64,000 nt of DNA from positions 3,104,001-3,168,000 of the forward strand of contig OY761556.1 in the NCBI GenBank assembly GCA_963664705.1, written 5' to 3'. This DNA comes from Acidobacteriota bacterium (lineage in GTDB: Bacteria > Acidobacteriota > UBA6911). Shown piece after piece: positions 20,878 to 31,183 of this stretch (positions are counted from its first letter, which is position 1; every line of letters begins with the position of its first letter). Below the pieces are notes generated by a model that saw nothing but the letters and a program-made list of their open reading frames with translations, did not search any database and had not been told where the DNA came from. The position numbers and the translations under genes were made by a program.

Positions 20878-22968
20878 TTACCCGACGTTCTTTCCACGGA
20901 TCTTCGAAATCACTTCTTCACTGACCGCCTTAGGCGCTTCCTCATAGTGAGAGAAGTGCATAGAGTACGTCGCCCGACCCTGGGTCATGGAGCGCAGGTC
21001 TGTGGAATAGCCGAACATTTCCGAAAGCGGTACCTTACATTGAATAATTGTCGAACTAAGGCGTCTCTCCGTTGATTCAACTCTCCCTCTTCGGGAATGA
21101 AGGTCTCCCGTGACGCCTCCCATAAACTCCTCGGGAACAACAACCTCTACCTTCATCATAGGTTCCAGGAGCACCGGTTTCGCCTTCCGGGCGGCTTCCT
21201 TCACCGCCATCGAGCCGGCAACCTTGAATGCCATCTCCGAGGAATCCACCTCGTGATAGGAACCGTCGATCAACGCTACCTTCACATCTACCATTTCAAA
21301 GCCTGCCAGCACTCCCGACTCCAGCGCTTCCCGGATTCCCTCTTCCACAGGCTTAATGTATTCCTTGGGAATCGCGCCGCCGATGATTTCATTGGCAAAC
21401 TCGAAGCCCGTTCCCGGAGCGGCCGGCTCCAGTATGATCTTCACATGTCCATACTGGCCGCGACCTCCGGTCTGTCGGATGAACTTCCCTTCCGACTCTG
21501 CACGCTGGCGAATCGTTTCCCGATAAGCGACCTGCGGCTTCCCGATGTTGGCCGCAACCCCGAACTCCCGAATCATGCGGTCCACGAGAATTTCCAGGTG
21601 AAGCTCGCCCATACCGGAGAGAATCGTCTGACCGGTATCCGGATCTGTGTGCACCCGAAATGTCGGGTCCTCACGAAGCAACTTATCCAGCGAAACGCCC
21701 AGCTTTTCCTGATCCCCTTTGGTCTTCGGCTCTATCGCAACCGAAATCACCGGCGCCGGGAACTCGATGGCTTCCAGCACCAGCGGATGCTGCTTATCAC
21801 AAATCGTGTCGCCGGTGGCAACATTCTTGAGCCCAACGGCCGCGGCGATGTCGCCGCAGTAAACCTCTTTAATCTCTTCGCGCTTGTTGGCGTGCATCTT
21901 GAGCAATCGTCCAACGCGCTCTACCGATTCCCGCGTGGAGTTGAACACGCTCGATCCGGACTTCAGCTGGCCCGAATAAACCCGGAAAAACGCCAGATGC
22001 CCGACAAACGGATCGGTCATAATTTTAAAGACCAACCCGGCAAACGGTTCATCATCCGAAGCATGTCGAACCGGAACCGTTCCGCCTTCTTCACTCACTC
22101 CCGTTACCGCCGGGACATCCAGGGGAGATGGGAGATAGGCAACAATCGCGTCCAGCAGCTGCTGAATTCCCTTATTTTTGAAGGCCGCGCCGCAAAGTAC
22201 AGGCACAAACCTGAGGCCGATCGTTCCTCGACGCAGAGCCGCTTGGATCAGGTCGTTGGGAATGCTTTCCCCATGGATGTATTTCTCCATGAGAGCATCA
22301 TCCGCTTCGGAAGCCACCTCGATCATACGATCTCGGTAAGAAGCGACCTCACCTTTGAACTGCTCCGGGATCTCCTCAACTTCAAAATCAGAACCCAGCG
22401 TATCTTCACGGAAAACAATCGCCTTTTGCTGCACCAGGTCGATCACTCCGCGAAATTCGTCTTCAGCCCCTATGGGGATCTGAACCGCGACTGGAACCGT
22501 ATCGAGCCGGTCGCGCATCATTTCAAGCACATGCGCGAAATCAGACCCGGGGCGGTCCATCTTATTCACAAAACCGATGCGCGGGACCCTGTATTTGTCG
22601 GCCTGCCGCCACACTGTTTCCGATTGTGGCTCAACGCCTTCTACTGCGCCGAACAGGGCCACCGCCCCATCCAGGACCCGCAAACTTCTTTCCACCTCGG
22701 CGGTAAAATCTACGTGACCGGGTGTATCAATAATATTGATACGGTGGTCATCCCAGAAGCAGGTGGTGGCAGCGGATGTTATCGTAATGCCCCGCTCCTG
22801 CTCCTGCTCCATCCAGTCCATCGTAGCGGTCCCTTCGTGAACCTCTCCGAGTTTATGCGTAATGCCCGTGTAATAAAGGATTCGCTCCGTGCAGGTCGTC
22901 TTACCGGCATCAATGTGCGCCATGATGCCGATATTCCTTGTTTGTTCCAAAGATGCAGAACGCCCCAC
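20878..22968 (-). CDS. fusA: Elongation factor G
   Basis: [28 protein letters not shown]. Confidence 0.99.
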   Translation of the reverse strand: MGRSASLEQTRNIGIMAHIDAGKTTCTERILYYTGITHKLGEVHEGTATMDWMEQEQERGITITSAATTCFWDDHRINIIDTPGHVDFTAEVERSLRVLDGAVALFGAVEGVEPQSETVWRQADKYRVPRIGFVNKMDRPGSDFAHVLEMMRDRLDTVPVAVQIPIGAEDEFRGVIDLVQQKAIVFREDTLGSDFEVEEIPEQFKGEVASYRDRMIEVASEADDALMEKYIHGESIPNDLIQAALRRGTIGLRFVPVLCGAAFKNKGIQQLLDAIVAYLPSPLDVPAVTGVSEEGGTVPVRHASDDEPFAGLVFKIMTDPFVGHLAFFRVYSGQLKSGSSVFNSTRESVERVGRLLKMHANKREEIKEVYCGDIAAAVGLKNVATGDTICDKQHPLVLEAIEFPAPVISVAIEPKTKGDQEKLGVSLDKLLREDPTFRVHTDPDTGQTILSGMGELHLEILVDRMIREFGVAANIGKPQVAYRETIRQRAESEGKFIRQTGGRGQYGHVKIILEPAAPGTGFEFANEIIGGAIPKEYIKPVEEGIREALESGVLAGFEMVDVKVALIDGSYHEVDSSEMAFKVAGSMAVKEAARKAKPVLLEPMMKVEVVVPEEFMGGVTGDLHSRRGRVESTERRLSSTIIQCKVPLSEMFGYSTDLRSMTQGRATYSMHFSHYEEAPKAVSEEVISKIRGKNVG

Positions 22969-22980
22969 GGATCAACCCCA

Positions 22981-23451
22981 CTACCACCGATAATGAGCAA
23001 AAGCCTTGTTGGCCTCCGCCATGCGGTGAGTGTCTTCCTTTTTCTTGATGGCGCCGCCACGATTGTTGGAAGCATCCAGAATTTCGGCTGCAAGCTTCTC
23101 TTTCATCGTTTTCTCGCCGCGCGATCTCGCGTTGTTGATAATCCAGCGAATAGCCAGAGACGTCCTTCGATCCTGCGGAACCTCAATAGGCACCTGGTAG
23201 GTGGCGCCGCCTACGCGACGCGACTTTACCTCGAGAATCGGCTTTACATTGTCCATGGCCTTTTTGAAGACTTTCACCGGGTCTTCTTTGGCACGATCTT
23301 TGACGATTTCGAGGCTGCCGTAAAAAGCTCCTTCGGCAACGCTCTTCTTCCCTTGAATCATCATGCAATTGACGAATTTGCTAATGAGCGTGCTTCCAAA
23401 CATCGGATCGGGTAGCGTCTCCCGTTTCGGTACTTCTCTTCGCCTCGGCAT
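22981..23451 (-). CDS. rpsG: 30S ribosomal protein S7
   Basis: Start at MPRRR (156 aa) after a GGGAG SD; [25 protein letters not shown]. Confidence 0.99.
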   Translation of the reverse strand: MPRRREVPKRETLPDPMFGSTLISKFVNCMMIQGKKSVAEGAFYGSLEIVKDRAKEDPVKVFKKAMDNVKPILEVKSRRVGGATYQVPIEVPQDRRTSLAIRWIINNARSRGEKTMKEKLAAEILDASNNRGGAIKKKEDTHRMAEANKAFAHYRW

Positions 23452-23487
23452 ACTTAAAGATCTCCCAAAACCTCTACAGATACTGAT

Positions 23488-23592
23488 TACTGTTAGGGTG
23501 AGGATTCCCACTTGAGCGAATCCTGCCGGCTTCTGGCAAGCGCCGGGTCGTCAGATACTCGGCGGGTTTGTATCGCTCACCCTGAAACAGTA
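23488..23592 (-). promoter_or_regulatory. Structured RNA in the rpsL-rpsG spacer (candidate S7 autoregulatory element)
   Basis: Closing stem TACTGTT-TC-AGGGTGA/TCACCCT-AACAGTA encloses three hairpins (GATAC/GTATC, CCGGC/GCCGG, GGATTC/GAATCC). Confidence 0.6.
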
Positions 23593-23607
23593 GTTATAAA
23601 GAAGTGA

Positions 23608-23982
23608 TTAGCTTTTAGGCCGCTTGGCACCATACTTGGAACGGGAATTCTTCCTGTCCTGAACTCCAACGGAATCCAACGTCCCCCGAACCACATGATA
23701 CCTAACCCCGGGGAGATCCTTGACACGTCCACCGCGAATCAAAACGATGGAGTGTTCCTGCAGGTTGTGCCCGATGCCAGGAATATAGGTTGTAACCTCG
23801 ATTCCATTGGTCAAACGAACACGCGCAACTTTACGCAAAGCAGAGTTGGGCTTTTTGGGTGTAGACGTGTACACCCTTGTGCATACTCCGCGGCGCTGGG
23901 GACTCCCCTGCAAAGCCGGACTCTTCGTCTTATAACGAATCTTCTTTCGGCCAGACCGTACCAGCTGATTGAAGGTCGGCAA
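23608..23982 (-). CDS. rpsL: 30S ribosomal protein S12
   Basis: [20 protein letters not shown]; TTG start after AAGGAG. Confidence 0.99.
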   Translation of the reverse strand: MPTFNQLVRSGRKKIRYKTKSPALQGSPQRRGVCTRVYTSTPKKPNSALRKVARVRLTNGIEVTTYIPGIGHNLQEHSIVLIRGGRVKDLPGVRYHVVRGTLDSVGVQDRKNSRSKYGAKRPKS

Positions 23983-24083
23983 ACTTTGCTCTCCTTATAA
24001 ATAAAGTCAACACACAACCAGGGACATCTTCCCTACATTAGTCAGCGCCCCTAGCCGTGCCTATTACAGCGAAAAACCTGACG

Positions 24084-24112
24084 AATATAGCAGACGGCTA
24101 AAATCGTGTCAA
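24084..24112 (-). promoter_or_regulatory. Sigma70 promoter of the ribosomal superoperon
   Basis: Minus strand TTGACA-N17-TATATT with TGn extended -10. Confidence 0.85.
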
Positions 24113-24228
24113 GCAAATGAGATATTTGAAGATTCTTTATTTTTGGCTGCCCCGACGTGCCCTTTTTTTCGCTCGTATTCAGTGGCTGAATCGGCACAAA
24201 AAGGACCAGGCAAACCCTCTACAGCCTG

Positions 24229-25380
24229 TTAAATCTTCTTCAATGCTTCTTTCATCCGGTCTAGGGCATGTACCAATTTTTGTCGTGGACATGCAAAATT
24301 CAAGCGGACGAAATTTTCTCCGCCCTTCCCGAATTCGGTTCCGTCATTAAGTGCAACACGGGCCTGATTCAGGAAAAAATCAGCCGGATTTTTAATAATA
24401 CCCGTTTCACTGCAATTTAGCCAGCATAAATATGTCGATTCCACACGATTTATGCGAATTGATGGCATTTTTTCCCGCAGGTAATCATAAATGAAGTCTC
24501 TATTGGATTGAAGATAGGCCAGTACCTGATCCAGCCACTCCTGCCCCTCGGTCATCGCGGCCAGGGCGGCCACGTGTCCCATGATGTTCACGCCCGGAAT
24601 AAGTCCATAACTGAATTCTTTCCACCGGTTGCGCAGATCCTTGTTCGGAATGATCGCATAACCGCACTCCAGGCCGGCGATATTATACGTCTTGCTCGGC
24701 GCCATCAGCGTGATAGTGCGGTCCTCCACTTCCGGCGCAATCGTGGCAATCGGGATGTGCCGGTGTGGCGAATAAACCAGGTCACAGTGAATTTCATCGG
24801 AACAGATGATCAGGTTGTGGCGAAGACAAATCTCCGCGAGTCTCTCCAGTTCCGGTTTTGTATAGACCCGGCCCACCGGATTATGCGGATTGCAAAGCAC
24901 AAACACGCGCGTTTCTTTTGTAATCGCTTTTTCAAAGTGATCGAAATCGATTTCGTACGTATCTCCGCGTGGAACGACGGGCGGATCCTGAAGAATTCTT
25001 CCGTGCTGCTGCGGATCGCGCAGAAAATGAAAATAAACCGGAGGCTGTGCAAGGATCGCCTCTCCCGGAGCGGAAAAAGCCTGAAACGCAATGTTCAGCC
25101 CCGTCACAATCCCAGGCAGAAACACAACCATAGGCTCACCCACAGTCCACCCGTACAGCCGCTGCAAACGGTCAAGGATGGCCAGGGTCAACTCCCGGGA
25201 GGGGCGGCTGTAGCCGAACACGGCATGGTCGACCCTGTGATGCAGCGCCCTGATAACAGGTTCAGCGGAAACAAAATCCATGTCCGCCACCCATAAAGGC
25301 AGGACATCCTCCGGATGCAGGCTCCACTTGATGCTGTCGCTATTCCTTCGCTCGACGATCTGGTCAAAATCGTATTTCAT
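24229..25380 (-). CDS. PatB/MalY family PLP-dependent C-S lyase (cystathionine beta-lyase-like)
   Basis: LPLWVADMDF, CNPHNPVG, SDEIH, APSKTYN, VRLNFAC. Confidence 0.92.
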   Translation of the reverse strand: MKYDFDQIVERRNSDSIKWSLHPEDVLPLWVADMDFVSAEPVIRALHHRVDHAVFGYSRPSRELTLAILDRLQRLYGWTVGEPMVVFLPGIVTGLNIAFQAFSAPGEAILAQPPVYFHFLRDPQQHGRILQDPPVVPRGDTYEIDFDHFEKAITKETRVFVLCNPHNPVGRVYTKPELERLAEICLRHNLIICSDEIHCDLVYSPHRHIPIATIAPEVEDRTITLMAPSKTYNIAGLECGYAIIPNKDLRNRWKEFSYGLIPGVNIMGHVAALAAMTEGQEWLDQVLAYLQSNRDFIYDYLREKMPSIRINRVESTYLCWLNCSETGIIKNPADFFLNQARVALNDGTEFGKGGENFVRLNFACPRQKLVHALDRMKEALKKI

Positions 25381-25522
25381 GGAAAAAGTCTCCGCAAAAT
25401 CCCCAGGCCCAAAGATTTCAAGTATATGACAAATTTTCCCTGAGCCCCGAAACTTTGTCGCGGCTGCAAATATTTTCGCTCAACTCCGCCGCGCTTCATT
25501 AGATAAGCGAGGAGGAACAAAA

Positions 25523-25900
25523 ATGGGAACACTGAACCGAGTGATGCTTATTGGACGATTGGGCCGGGATCCGGAGGAACGATCGACAGCCAACGGCACG
25601 CGGGTATCCAACTTCTCATTAGCAACCGATACCTTTCGCGGAAATAATGCAGACAAAACGACCGAATGGCACAGAATTGTGGTGTTCGGAAAAATTGCGG
25701 ACATATGCAGCCAGTATCTGAGAAAGGGGCAACTTGTCTTTGTCGAAGGATCACTGCAGACGCGCTCGTGGGAAAAGCCCCCGGGAGAAAAACACTTTAT
25801 GACCGAGGTGGTCGGTTCGCGCATCACCTTCCTGGAGCGCAAAAATGGGGAGTCTCACGCTACCGTCGCGGCGGATGAGGAATCCGGCGAGCCGTTCTAA
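25523..25900 (+). CDS. ssb: Single-stranded DNA-binding protein
   Basis: NRVMLIGRLGRDPE, TEWH, VEGSLQTRSW, acidic PF C-terminus. Confidence 0.96.
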   Translation: MGTLNRVMLIGRLGRDPEERSTANGTRVSNFSLATDTFRGNNADKTTEWHRIVVFGKIADICSQYLRKGQLVFVEGSLQTRSWEKPPGEKHFMTEVVGSRITFLERKNGESHATVAADEESGEPF

Positions 25901-25978
25901 GTTGCACCCGCCATTTTATGCCCCGATGGAGAGGAGACGTCCCAGGCAAGAACCGGAAAATGGGAACTGGCTTCGCTG

Positions 25979-25987
25979 TGTTATAAT
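25979..25987 (+). promoter_or_regulatory. Extended -10 promoter for the PBP1A gene
   Basis: TG-T-TATAAT 12 nt upstream of the ATG. Confidence 0.55.
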
Positions 25988-25999
25988 CGTTTCCTGACT

Positions 26000-28249
26000 A
26001 TGGTTTCCCGAAATAATACCGCTTCCGGCAAACGCGACGGAAAACTACCATTCTGGCTTTGGCTGTTTTTTGGCTGCCTGATCCTTGCCTTCGCGGCCGC
26101 CGGATCAGCTTTCGGCATTCTGCTTGGCTACGAGTATAATTTGCCGAAGATTCAGAGTCTCGAGGATTATCGCCCGGACGTCATCACGGACGTTTACTCG
26201 GACGACAACAAGGTAATCGGGGAGTTTGCCATTGAACGACGGATCATCGTCTCCTATGACGAAATCCCTCCCTATCTCCAGCTTGCCATCCTTGCCGCCG
26301 AGGACTCCCAGTTTTACAACCATTCGGGCATCAATTATTTCTCCAACCTTCGAGCTTTGTACCGGGATGTCACCCAGATGCGAATGGCCGAGGGAGCCAG
26401 CACCATAACGCAGCAACTGGCGCGAATGCTCCTCGGCAGCTATGAAAAGACGGCGGATCGCAAAATAAAAGAACTGCTGATTGCCTGGAAGATTGAGAAA
26501 CAATACTCCAAGCAGCAGATACTGACCCTGTACTGCAACCAGCACAACATGGGGCGCGGGATCTACGGCGTTGCAGCCGCAGCCGAAAGCTACTTCGGAA
26601 AGCCGCTGAAAAACCTCTCTCTGGAAGAATGCGCCCTGATCGCCGGACTACCACGCAACCCAACGCTCTACTCCCCTATCCTTCGGCCGGATTCCGCATT
26701 AAAGCGGCGAAACTGGGTGCTGGACAGGATGGTTGCCGAGCACATGATCTCTGCCAAGCTCGCGACGGAAGCTAAAGCCAAACCCATGGTCATCAAAAAG
26801 GCCGAGCATGATGACACGGAGATTGCCCCGCACTTTGTTGAATGGGTCCGGGAATCGCTCGCGGCGCGATACTCCACAGACGAAATCTGGAGAAAAGGAC
26901 TGCAGGTATACACGACGCTGAATATACAAATGCAGCAGGCCGCGAGAAAATCCCTGCAGGACGGACTGCGGGAGTATGACAAGAAGCGCGGCTGGCGCGG
27001 GCCGATCGGCAATGTCTTGAATATGCCATCTGCCAGCATGGCCACGTATTTTCATCCGAGCTGGCGGCATAACCTGCAAATCAATGACGTATCGGTGGGG
27101 CTGGTGGAGGATGTGGGGAACGCGGAAGCTACCGTGCGAATCGGCGGCTTTCACGGCACCCTTATATCAAAGGATATCGTTTGGACCAAATCAAGTTCCT
27201 TGCGGCAGATCCTGAAGCCCGGGGACCTGGCCTATTTCAAAGTACTGTCGCGCGACGATGCCGCCCGCAAACTGACACTGGCATTGGACCAGCGACCAGC
27301 GGTTGAAGGTGCCATCATCATCCTGCAAAACAGCACGGGCGAAATCAAAGCCATGGTCGGCGGATACGATTTCGAATCCAGCGAATTCAACCGAACCACG
27401 CAGGCATTGCGCCAGGTGGGGTCCACCTTCAAACCGATAGTCTACTCAACGGCATTTGAAAAGGGAATGACGCCGGATACAACAGTCCTCGATGCCCCGC
27501 TCAGTTTCAGAGACAACCTGGGACGAACCTGGACGCCTGGCAACTATGACGGCAAATTCAAAGGGACGATCACCATCCGGCAGGCACTGACGGAATCCAG
27601 GAACATCCCGACAATTCGAATTGCCTCGCTGCTGGGGATCAAAAATGTCGTGGTAATGGCGCGGCGCTTCGGAATCACAAGTGCACTGGATCCCTATCTG
27701 CCTTTGGCCATCGGCGCCTGCGAGGCCACGCCCCTGGAGATGGCCTCTGCATTCACGGTATTTCCCAACCTCGGGATGCAGGCAAAGCCCTATTTCATTC
27801 GCAAAGTTGAAGATTACGATCGGTCGAAGAAAGAGGAAAGCACTCCACAGAAACACCAGGTCCTCAACCCGGAAATCGCCGAACAAATGCTCGGGCTCCT
27901 GCAGAATGTAGTCCAGAATGGCACGGCAACGGCAGCCAAGTCCCTGGGCAGGCCGATTGGTGGGAAGACGGGAACAACCGACAATTTTACCGATGCATGG
28001 TTTGTAGGATTCACGCCATCCCTGACGGCGGCAGTCTGGGTCGGGTTTGACGCCAAGAAATCGCTGGGCGACAAGCAAACCGGTGCCGCGGTTGCGCTTC
28101 CCATCTGGATTGAATGTATGAAGGAAATCCTGAAGGACAAACCTATCGAGAATTTCGCAACCGTCGAATTGTCCGGCGCCTCATCAGAAGACGAAAAGCG
28201 TCTCTATATAGAAAATATTCCAGGCACCCCGCAGCACCCCTCCAATTGA
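26000..28249 (+). CDS. Class A penicillin-binding protein (PBP1A family)
   Basis: N-terminal TM, AEDSQF..H.G and GASTITQQL transglycosylase motifs; STFK, SRN and KTG transpeptidase motifs. Confidence 0.95.
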   Translation: MVSRNNTASGKRDGKLPFWLWLFFGCLILAFAAAGSAFGILLGYEYNLPKIQSLEDYRPDVITDVYSDDNKVIGEFAIERRIIVSYDEIPPYLQLAILAAEDSQFYNHSGINYFSNLRALYRDVTQMRMAEGASTITQQLARMLLGSYEKTADRKIKELLIAWKIEKQYSKQQILTLYCNQHNMGRGIYGVAAAAESYFGKPLKNLSLEECALIAGLPRNPTLYSPILRPDSALKRRNWVLDRMVAEHMISAKLATEAKAKPMVIKKAEHDDTEIAPHFVEWVRESLAARYSTDEIWRKGLQVYTTLNIQMQQAARKSLQDGLREYDKKRGWRGPIGNVLNMPSASMATYFHPSWRHNLQINDVSVGLVEDVGNAEATVRIGGFHGTLISKDIVWTKSSSLRQILKPGDLAYFKVLSRDDAARKLTLALDQRPAVEGAIIILQNSTGEIKAMVGGYDFESSEFNRTTQALRQVGSTFKPIVYSTAFEKGMTPDTTVLDAPLSFRDNLGRTWTPGNYDGKFKGTITIRQALTESRNIPTIRIASLLGIKNVVVMARRFGITSALDPYLPLAIGACEATPLEMASAFTVFPNLGMQAKPYFIRKVEDYDRSKKEESTPQKHQVLNPEIAEQMLGLLQNVVQNGTATAAKSLGRPIGGKTGTTDNFTDAWFVGFTPSLTAAVWVGFDAKKSLGDKQTGAAVALPIWIECMKEILKDKPIENFATVELSGASSEDEKRLYIENIPGTPQHPSN

Positions 28250-28421
28250 CGATTGACGATTTACGAGTGACGATTGAACAACCAATCCGATCTCGAAAAT
28301 CCTGGTTTAGTGGAGAAGTAAGAGCTTCGCACACACTCTTGGGTTTCCGTGGCAACACAACCTACTTCGATCCGGAATCGTGCGTGCTGTTCAATCGTCA
28401 ATCGTAAATCGTCAATCAATT
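28243..28421. repeat. Heptamer element with 30-bp inverted arms around a 107-nt spacer (MITE-like)
   Basis: 28251-28280 is complementary to 28388-28417 at 29/30 positions; lies between convergent stop codons. Confidence 0.93.
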
Positions 28422-29394
28422 AGCGGTCCCGCTCGACGATGTAGTCTGGAATGGACATCAGGGCATCGCGGGCTTTGGATGGCGGAAAATCCTCGAGGCA
28501 GGCTTTTGCTTTAGCGCCAAATGCGTGCGCTTTTTCAAGCACGCGATCGGCGGATCCGTAGTCGCGCACAAGCTGAATCACTGTGTCCTGCATCTCCCGG
28601 TCGAGCGTGCGGTTTTGAAGGGCATTCCGGACCAGGTCACGGTGCTGCGGCTTTCCATCGCGCATAAGGTAGATGAGTGGAAGCGTCAGCTTCCCTTCTT
28701 TGAGATCGCTCCCCACCGGCTTTCCAAGCGTGCTCTCATTGGAGGTAAAATCCAGGACATCGTCCACCAACTGGAAAGCCAATCCCACGTTGAGCCCATA
28801 CTGCCGCAGGCTGTCCTCTTTTTCTTCTCCGACAGATCCCAGGATGGCACCGAGTTGGGAACAGGCAGAAAAAAGAAACGCCGTCTTGCGGATCGAAATT
28901 TCCATGTGCTGTTCTTCGGTGATATCCAGGTTGCCGTTATGCGTCAGCTGGATGAGTTCGCCCTCAACCATCTTGCGCGTCGCTTCGATCAGCACATCCA
29001 GCACTTTGAGCTGCCGTTCGCCCAAAGCCAGCCGGAACGAGGTCATGTAAAGCCAGTCGCCCATGAGGACGGTGATCTCATTGCCCCACTGAACATTCAC
29101 CGAAGTGCGTCCTCTCCGGACATTCGCGTTATCAATAATGTCGTCGTGGATCAGCGTCGCCGAGTGGATCATCTCGACCACCGCGCCCAGTCGAGGCCCG
29201 ATCGGCCCGTCATAGCCGCACACCTGGGAACCCAGAAGAAGGATCGCCGGCCGGATGCGCTTCCCGCCGCTGCTGCAGATATATTGACCGATCTGGTCGA
29301 TTAACGGGACGCCGGAATTCGAATGACGAGTAATTTCCTCGTCTACCTGCGCCATTCTTTGCTCGATCAACTTATATATTTCGCTTGGAGTCAA
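28420..29394 (-). CDS. ispB: Polyprenyl (octaprenyl-type) diphosphate synthase
   Basis: GGKRIRP, LIHDDIID..RRG, FQLVDDVLD, GKPVGSDLKEGK. Confidence 0.88.
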   Translation of the reverse strand: MTPSEIYKLIEQRMAQVDEEITRHSNSGVPLIDQIGQYICSSGGKRIRPAILLLGSQVCGYDGPIGPRLGAVVEMIHSATLIHDDIIDNANVRRGRTSVNVQWGNEITVLMGDWLYMTSFRLALGERQLKVLDVLIEATRKMVEGELIQLTHNGNLDITEEQHMEISIRKTAFLFSACSQLGAILGSVGEEKEDSLRQYGLNVGLAFQLVDDVLDFTSNESTLGKPVGSDLKEGKLTLPLIYLMRDGKPQHRDLVRNALQNRTLDREMQDTVIQLVRDYGSADRVLEKAHAFGAKAKACLEDFPPSKARDALMSIPDYIVERDR

Positions 29395-29495
29395 TGGACA
29401 CTCTCAACCGCAGTCAACACCGGCAACACAAAAGGATCAAACCGTAACCCGGAACGATCTTACCATAGGTACCGGAACACCGATATCAAATCCAT

Positions 29496-29837
29496 CTACT
29501 TGAGAATGGCTCCGTTAGGAACCTCTTCGGCAAATGTGGCCAGCACCGGCTTCCCATCAATGGAAGCAGCGACAATCATCCCGTTGGATTCTACGCCCAT
29601 AAGTTTGGCCGGCTTGAGGTTGGCGACAATAACAACCTTTCTGTTTAAAAGGCTGGCGGGCTCATAGGCTTCCGCGATCCCCGCGACTACCTGCCGCACT
29701 TCCGTTCCTATATCCACCTTGAGCTTGATGAGCTTCCTGGAATTTTCGATCCGCTCCGCTTCCAGAATCTGTCCCACGCGCATTTGTACCTTGGCAAATT
29801 CCTCGATACTGATCTGAGAAAGCAATTCTTCCGACAT
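29496..29837 (-). CDS. Stand-alone tRNA-binding OB-fold protein (MetRS C-terminal/Trbp111-like)
   Basis: ISIEEFAKVQMRVG, RQVVAGI, NLKPAKLMGVESNGM. Confidence 0.88.
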   Translation of the reverse strand: MSEELLSQISIEEFAKVQMRVGQILEAERIENSRKLIKLKVDIGTEVRQVVAGIAEAYEPASLLNRKVVIVANLKPAKLMGVESNGMIVAASIDGKPVLATFAEEVPNGAILK

Positions 29838-29854
29838 TTTATATCCTTTTTCGT

Positions 29855-29906
29855 CTGGGAAAATGCCGCACCTGGCATTCTGCCGGCAAGATGCCGGCGC
29901 TCCCAG
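29855..29906. repeat. REP-like nested palindrome
   Basis: CTGGGA...TCCCAG encloses AATGCC/GGCATT and GCCGGCA-AGA-TGCCGGC hairpins. Confidence 0.5.
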
Positions 29907-29918
29907 TGATCCTGGCGA

Positions 29919-31133
29919 TTAGTGCTTCGATTGCAGATATGCATGAATCGCTGAAGACTGAACCTCCTTCAGCGCCACGCCTTTTTCCGCCGCAAGACGA
30001 CGGCAGTCCTCAAATTCCGGAACGAAGTTCACCGCGCTGCCGTCCAGGAGGGACACTTTCATTGAAACCTCCCCGAAAGCGGTCTGAACCTTTGAAAACT
30101 CACGCCGAAGTGTTTTGCGATGAGCGGTCGTGTACCGGATCCCGATGGTTGTGGTCTCGCGGAAAATCACTTCCGCAACCTTGTCCACATCGGAAACAGC
30201 GCAAATGCAGGTGACCTTCAACGCCGGCCGATTCTTCTTCATCTGGATGGGGGTCGCATAGACGTCGAGAACCCCGGAAGCCAGCGCTTTTTCCTGAAAG
30301 TACCCATAAACCTGGGGACTCATATCGTCAATGGTCGCATCAATGACCGCTACCTGGGTTTCCGGAGAAATACCGCAGCCCACAACCATTTCGCCCAGAG
30401 TAACCCTTAAAACATTCGCATTCCCGGGAGTCTGACGAGACCCGGCCCCGTAACCGGAGTTCAGAATTTTCATCTCAGGACGGGTTCCAAAGCTCTCTGC
30501 CAGCGTCGTGACCAGCGTCGCTCCCGTTGGAGTGGTCAATTCGCCCGTAACCGCATTGGAAAATACGGGAATGCCCTTGAGAAGCTCTTGAACGGCTGGC
30601 CCCGGAACCGGATAGGTACCGTGCTGGCATTCCAGCGTTCCCTGCCCCAGATTTATGGACGAGGACAGAATCCGGACCGGCAGGAAGGGTTCCAGCGCAA
30701 TCATGGCTCCTACAATATCCACAATCGAGTCGACGGCGCCAACCTCATGAAAATGCACTTTCTCGGGCGGCTGGCCATGCACCTTCCCTTCCGCTTCAGC
30801 CAGTTTTTGGAAGGCGGCAATCGATTGCTCCCGTACCCAGGGAGAAAGCTCACTCGATTCAATCATCTTGCGGATATCCGCAAATGTCCGGTGATGATGG
30901 GAATGGCCCACCTGGACGTTGAATTTGGTAGCCTGAACTCCGGATCGGTTGACTTTCTCCACGGAAAGCTCATAGCCCTTCAACGGCAGCAGAGCAAGCT
31001 TGGCCTTTAAGTCATCCAAGCCGAAACCGAGGTCGAGAAGCGCCCCAACCATCATGTCGCCGCTGATTCCGGAAAACGGTTCGATAAACAACACCTTCTG
31101 CCCGGCAGTTTGCAAAGTAGTATCTGTCATCAT
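29919..31133 (-). CDS. larC: Nickel-pincer cofactor biosynthesis protein LarC
   Basis: SGISGDM, His-rich segment, HFHEVGAVDSIVD, GELTTPTGA, MKKNRP, ETTTIGIR, PEFED. Confidence 0.93.
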   Translation of the reverse strand: MMTDTTLQTAGQKVLFIEPFSGISGDMMVGALLDLGFGLDDLKAKLALLPLKGYELSVEKVNRSGVQATKFNVQVGHSHHHRTFADIRKMIESSELSPWVREQSIAAFQKLAEAEGKVHGQPPEKVHFHEVGAVDSIVDIVGAMIALEPFLPVRILSSSINLGQGTLECQHGTYPVPGPAVQELLKGIPVFSNAVTGELTTPTGATLVTTLAESFGTRPEMKILNSGYGAGSRQTPGNANVLRVTLGEMVVGCGISPETQVAVIDATIDDMSPQVYGYFQEKALASGVLDVYATPIQMKKNRPALKVTCICAVSDVDKVAEVIFRETTTIGIRYTTAHRKTLRREFSKVQTAFGEVSMKVSLLDGSAVNFVPEFEDCRRLAAEKGVALKEVQSSAIHAYLQSKH

Positions 31134-31183
31134 GTCCTCAAACTTTTGAGTCTATGGGGCACACGATCTGAAGTCAAGTATAG

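Noticed and set aside
21097-23415. 772-aa plus-strand ORF
   Set aside because: Antisense shadow of fusA/rpsG with no recognisable motifs
23452-23511. N-terminal extensions in the ORF track for rpsG (also rpsN, infA, hcpR, aroF, murU-like and amgK-like genes)
   Set aside because: Downstream starts match family lengths, and most have better SD sequences
29395-29495. CAACAC/CCGGAAC recurrences upstream of ispB
   Set aside because: Too short and irregular to distinguish from chance
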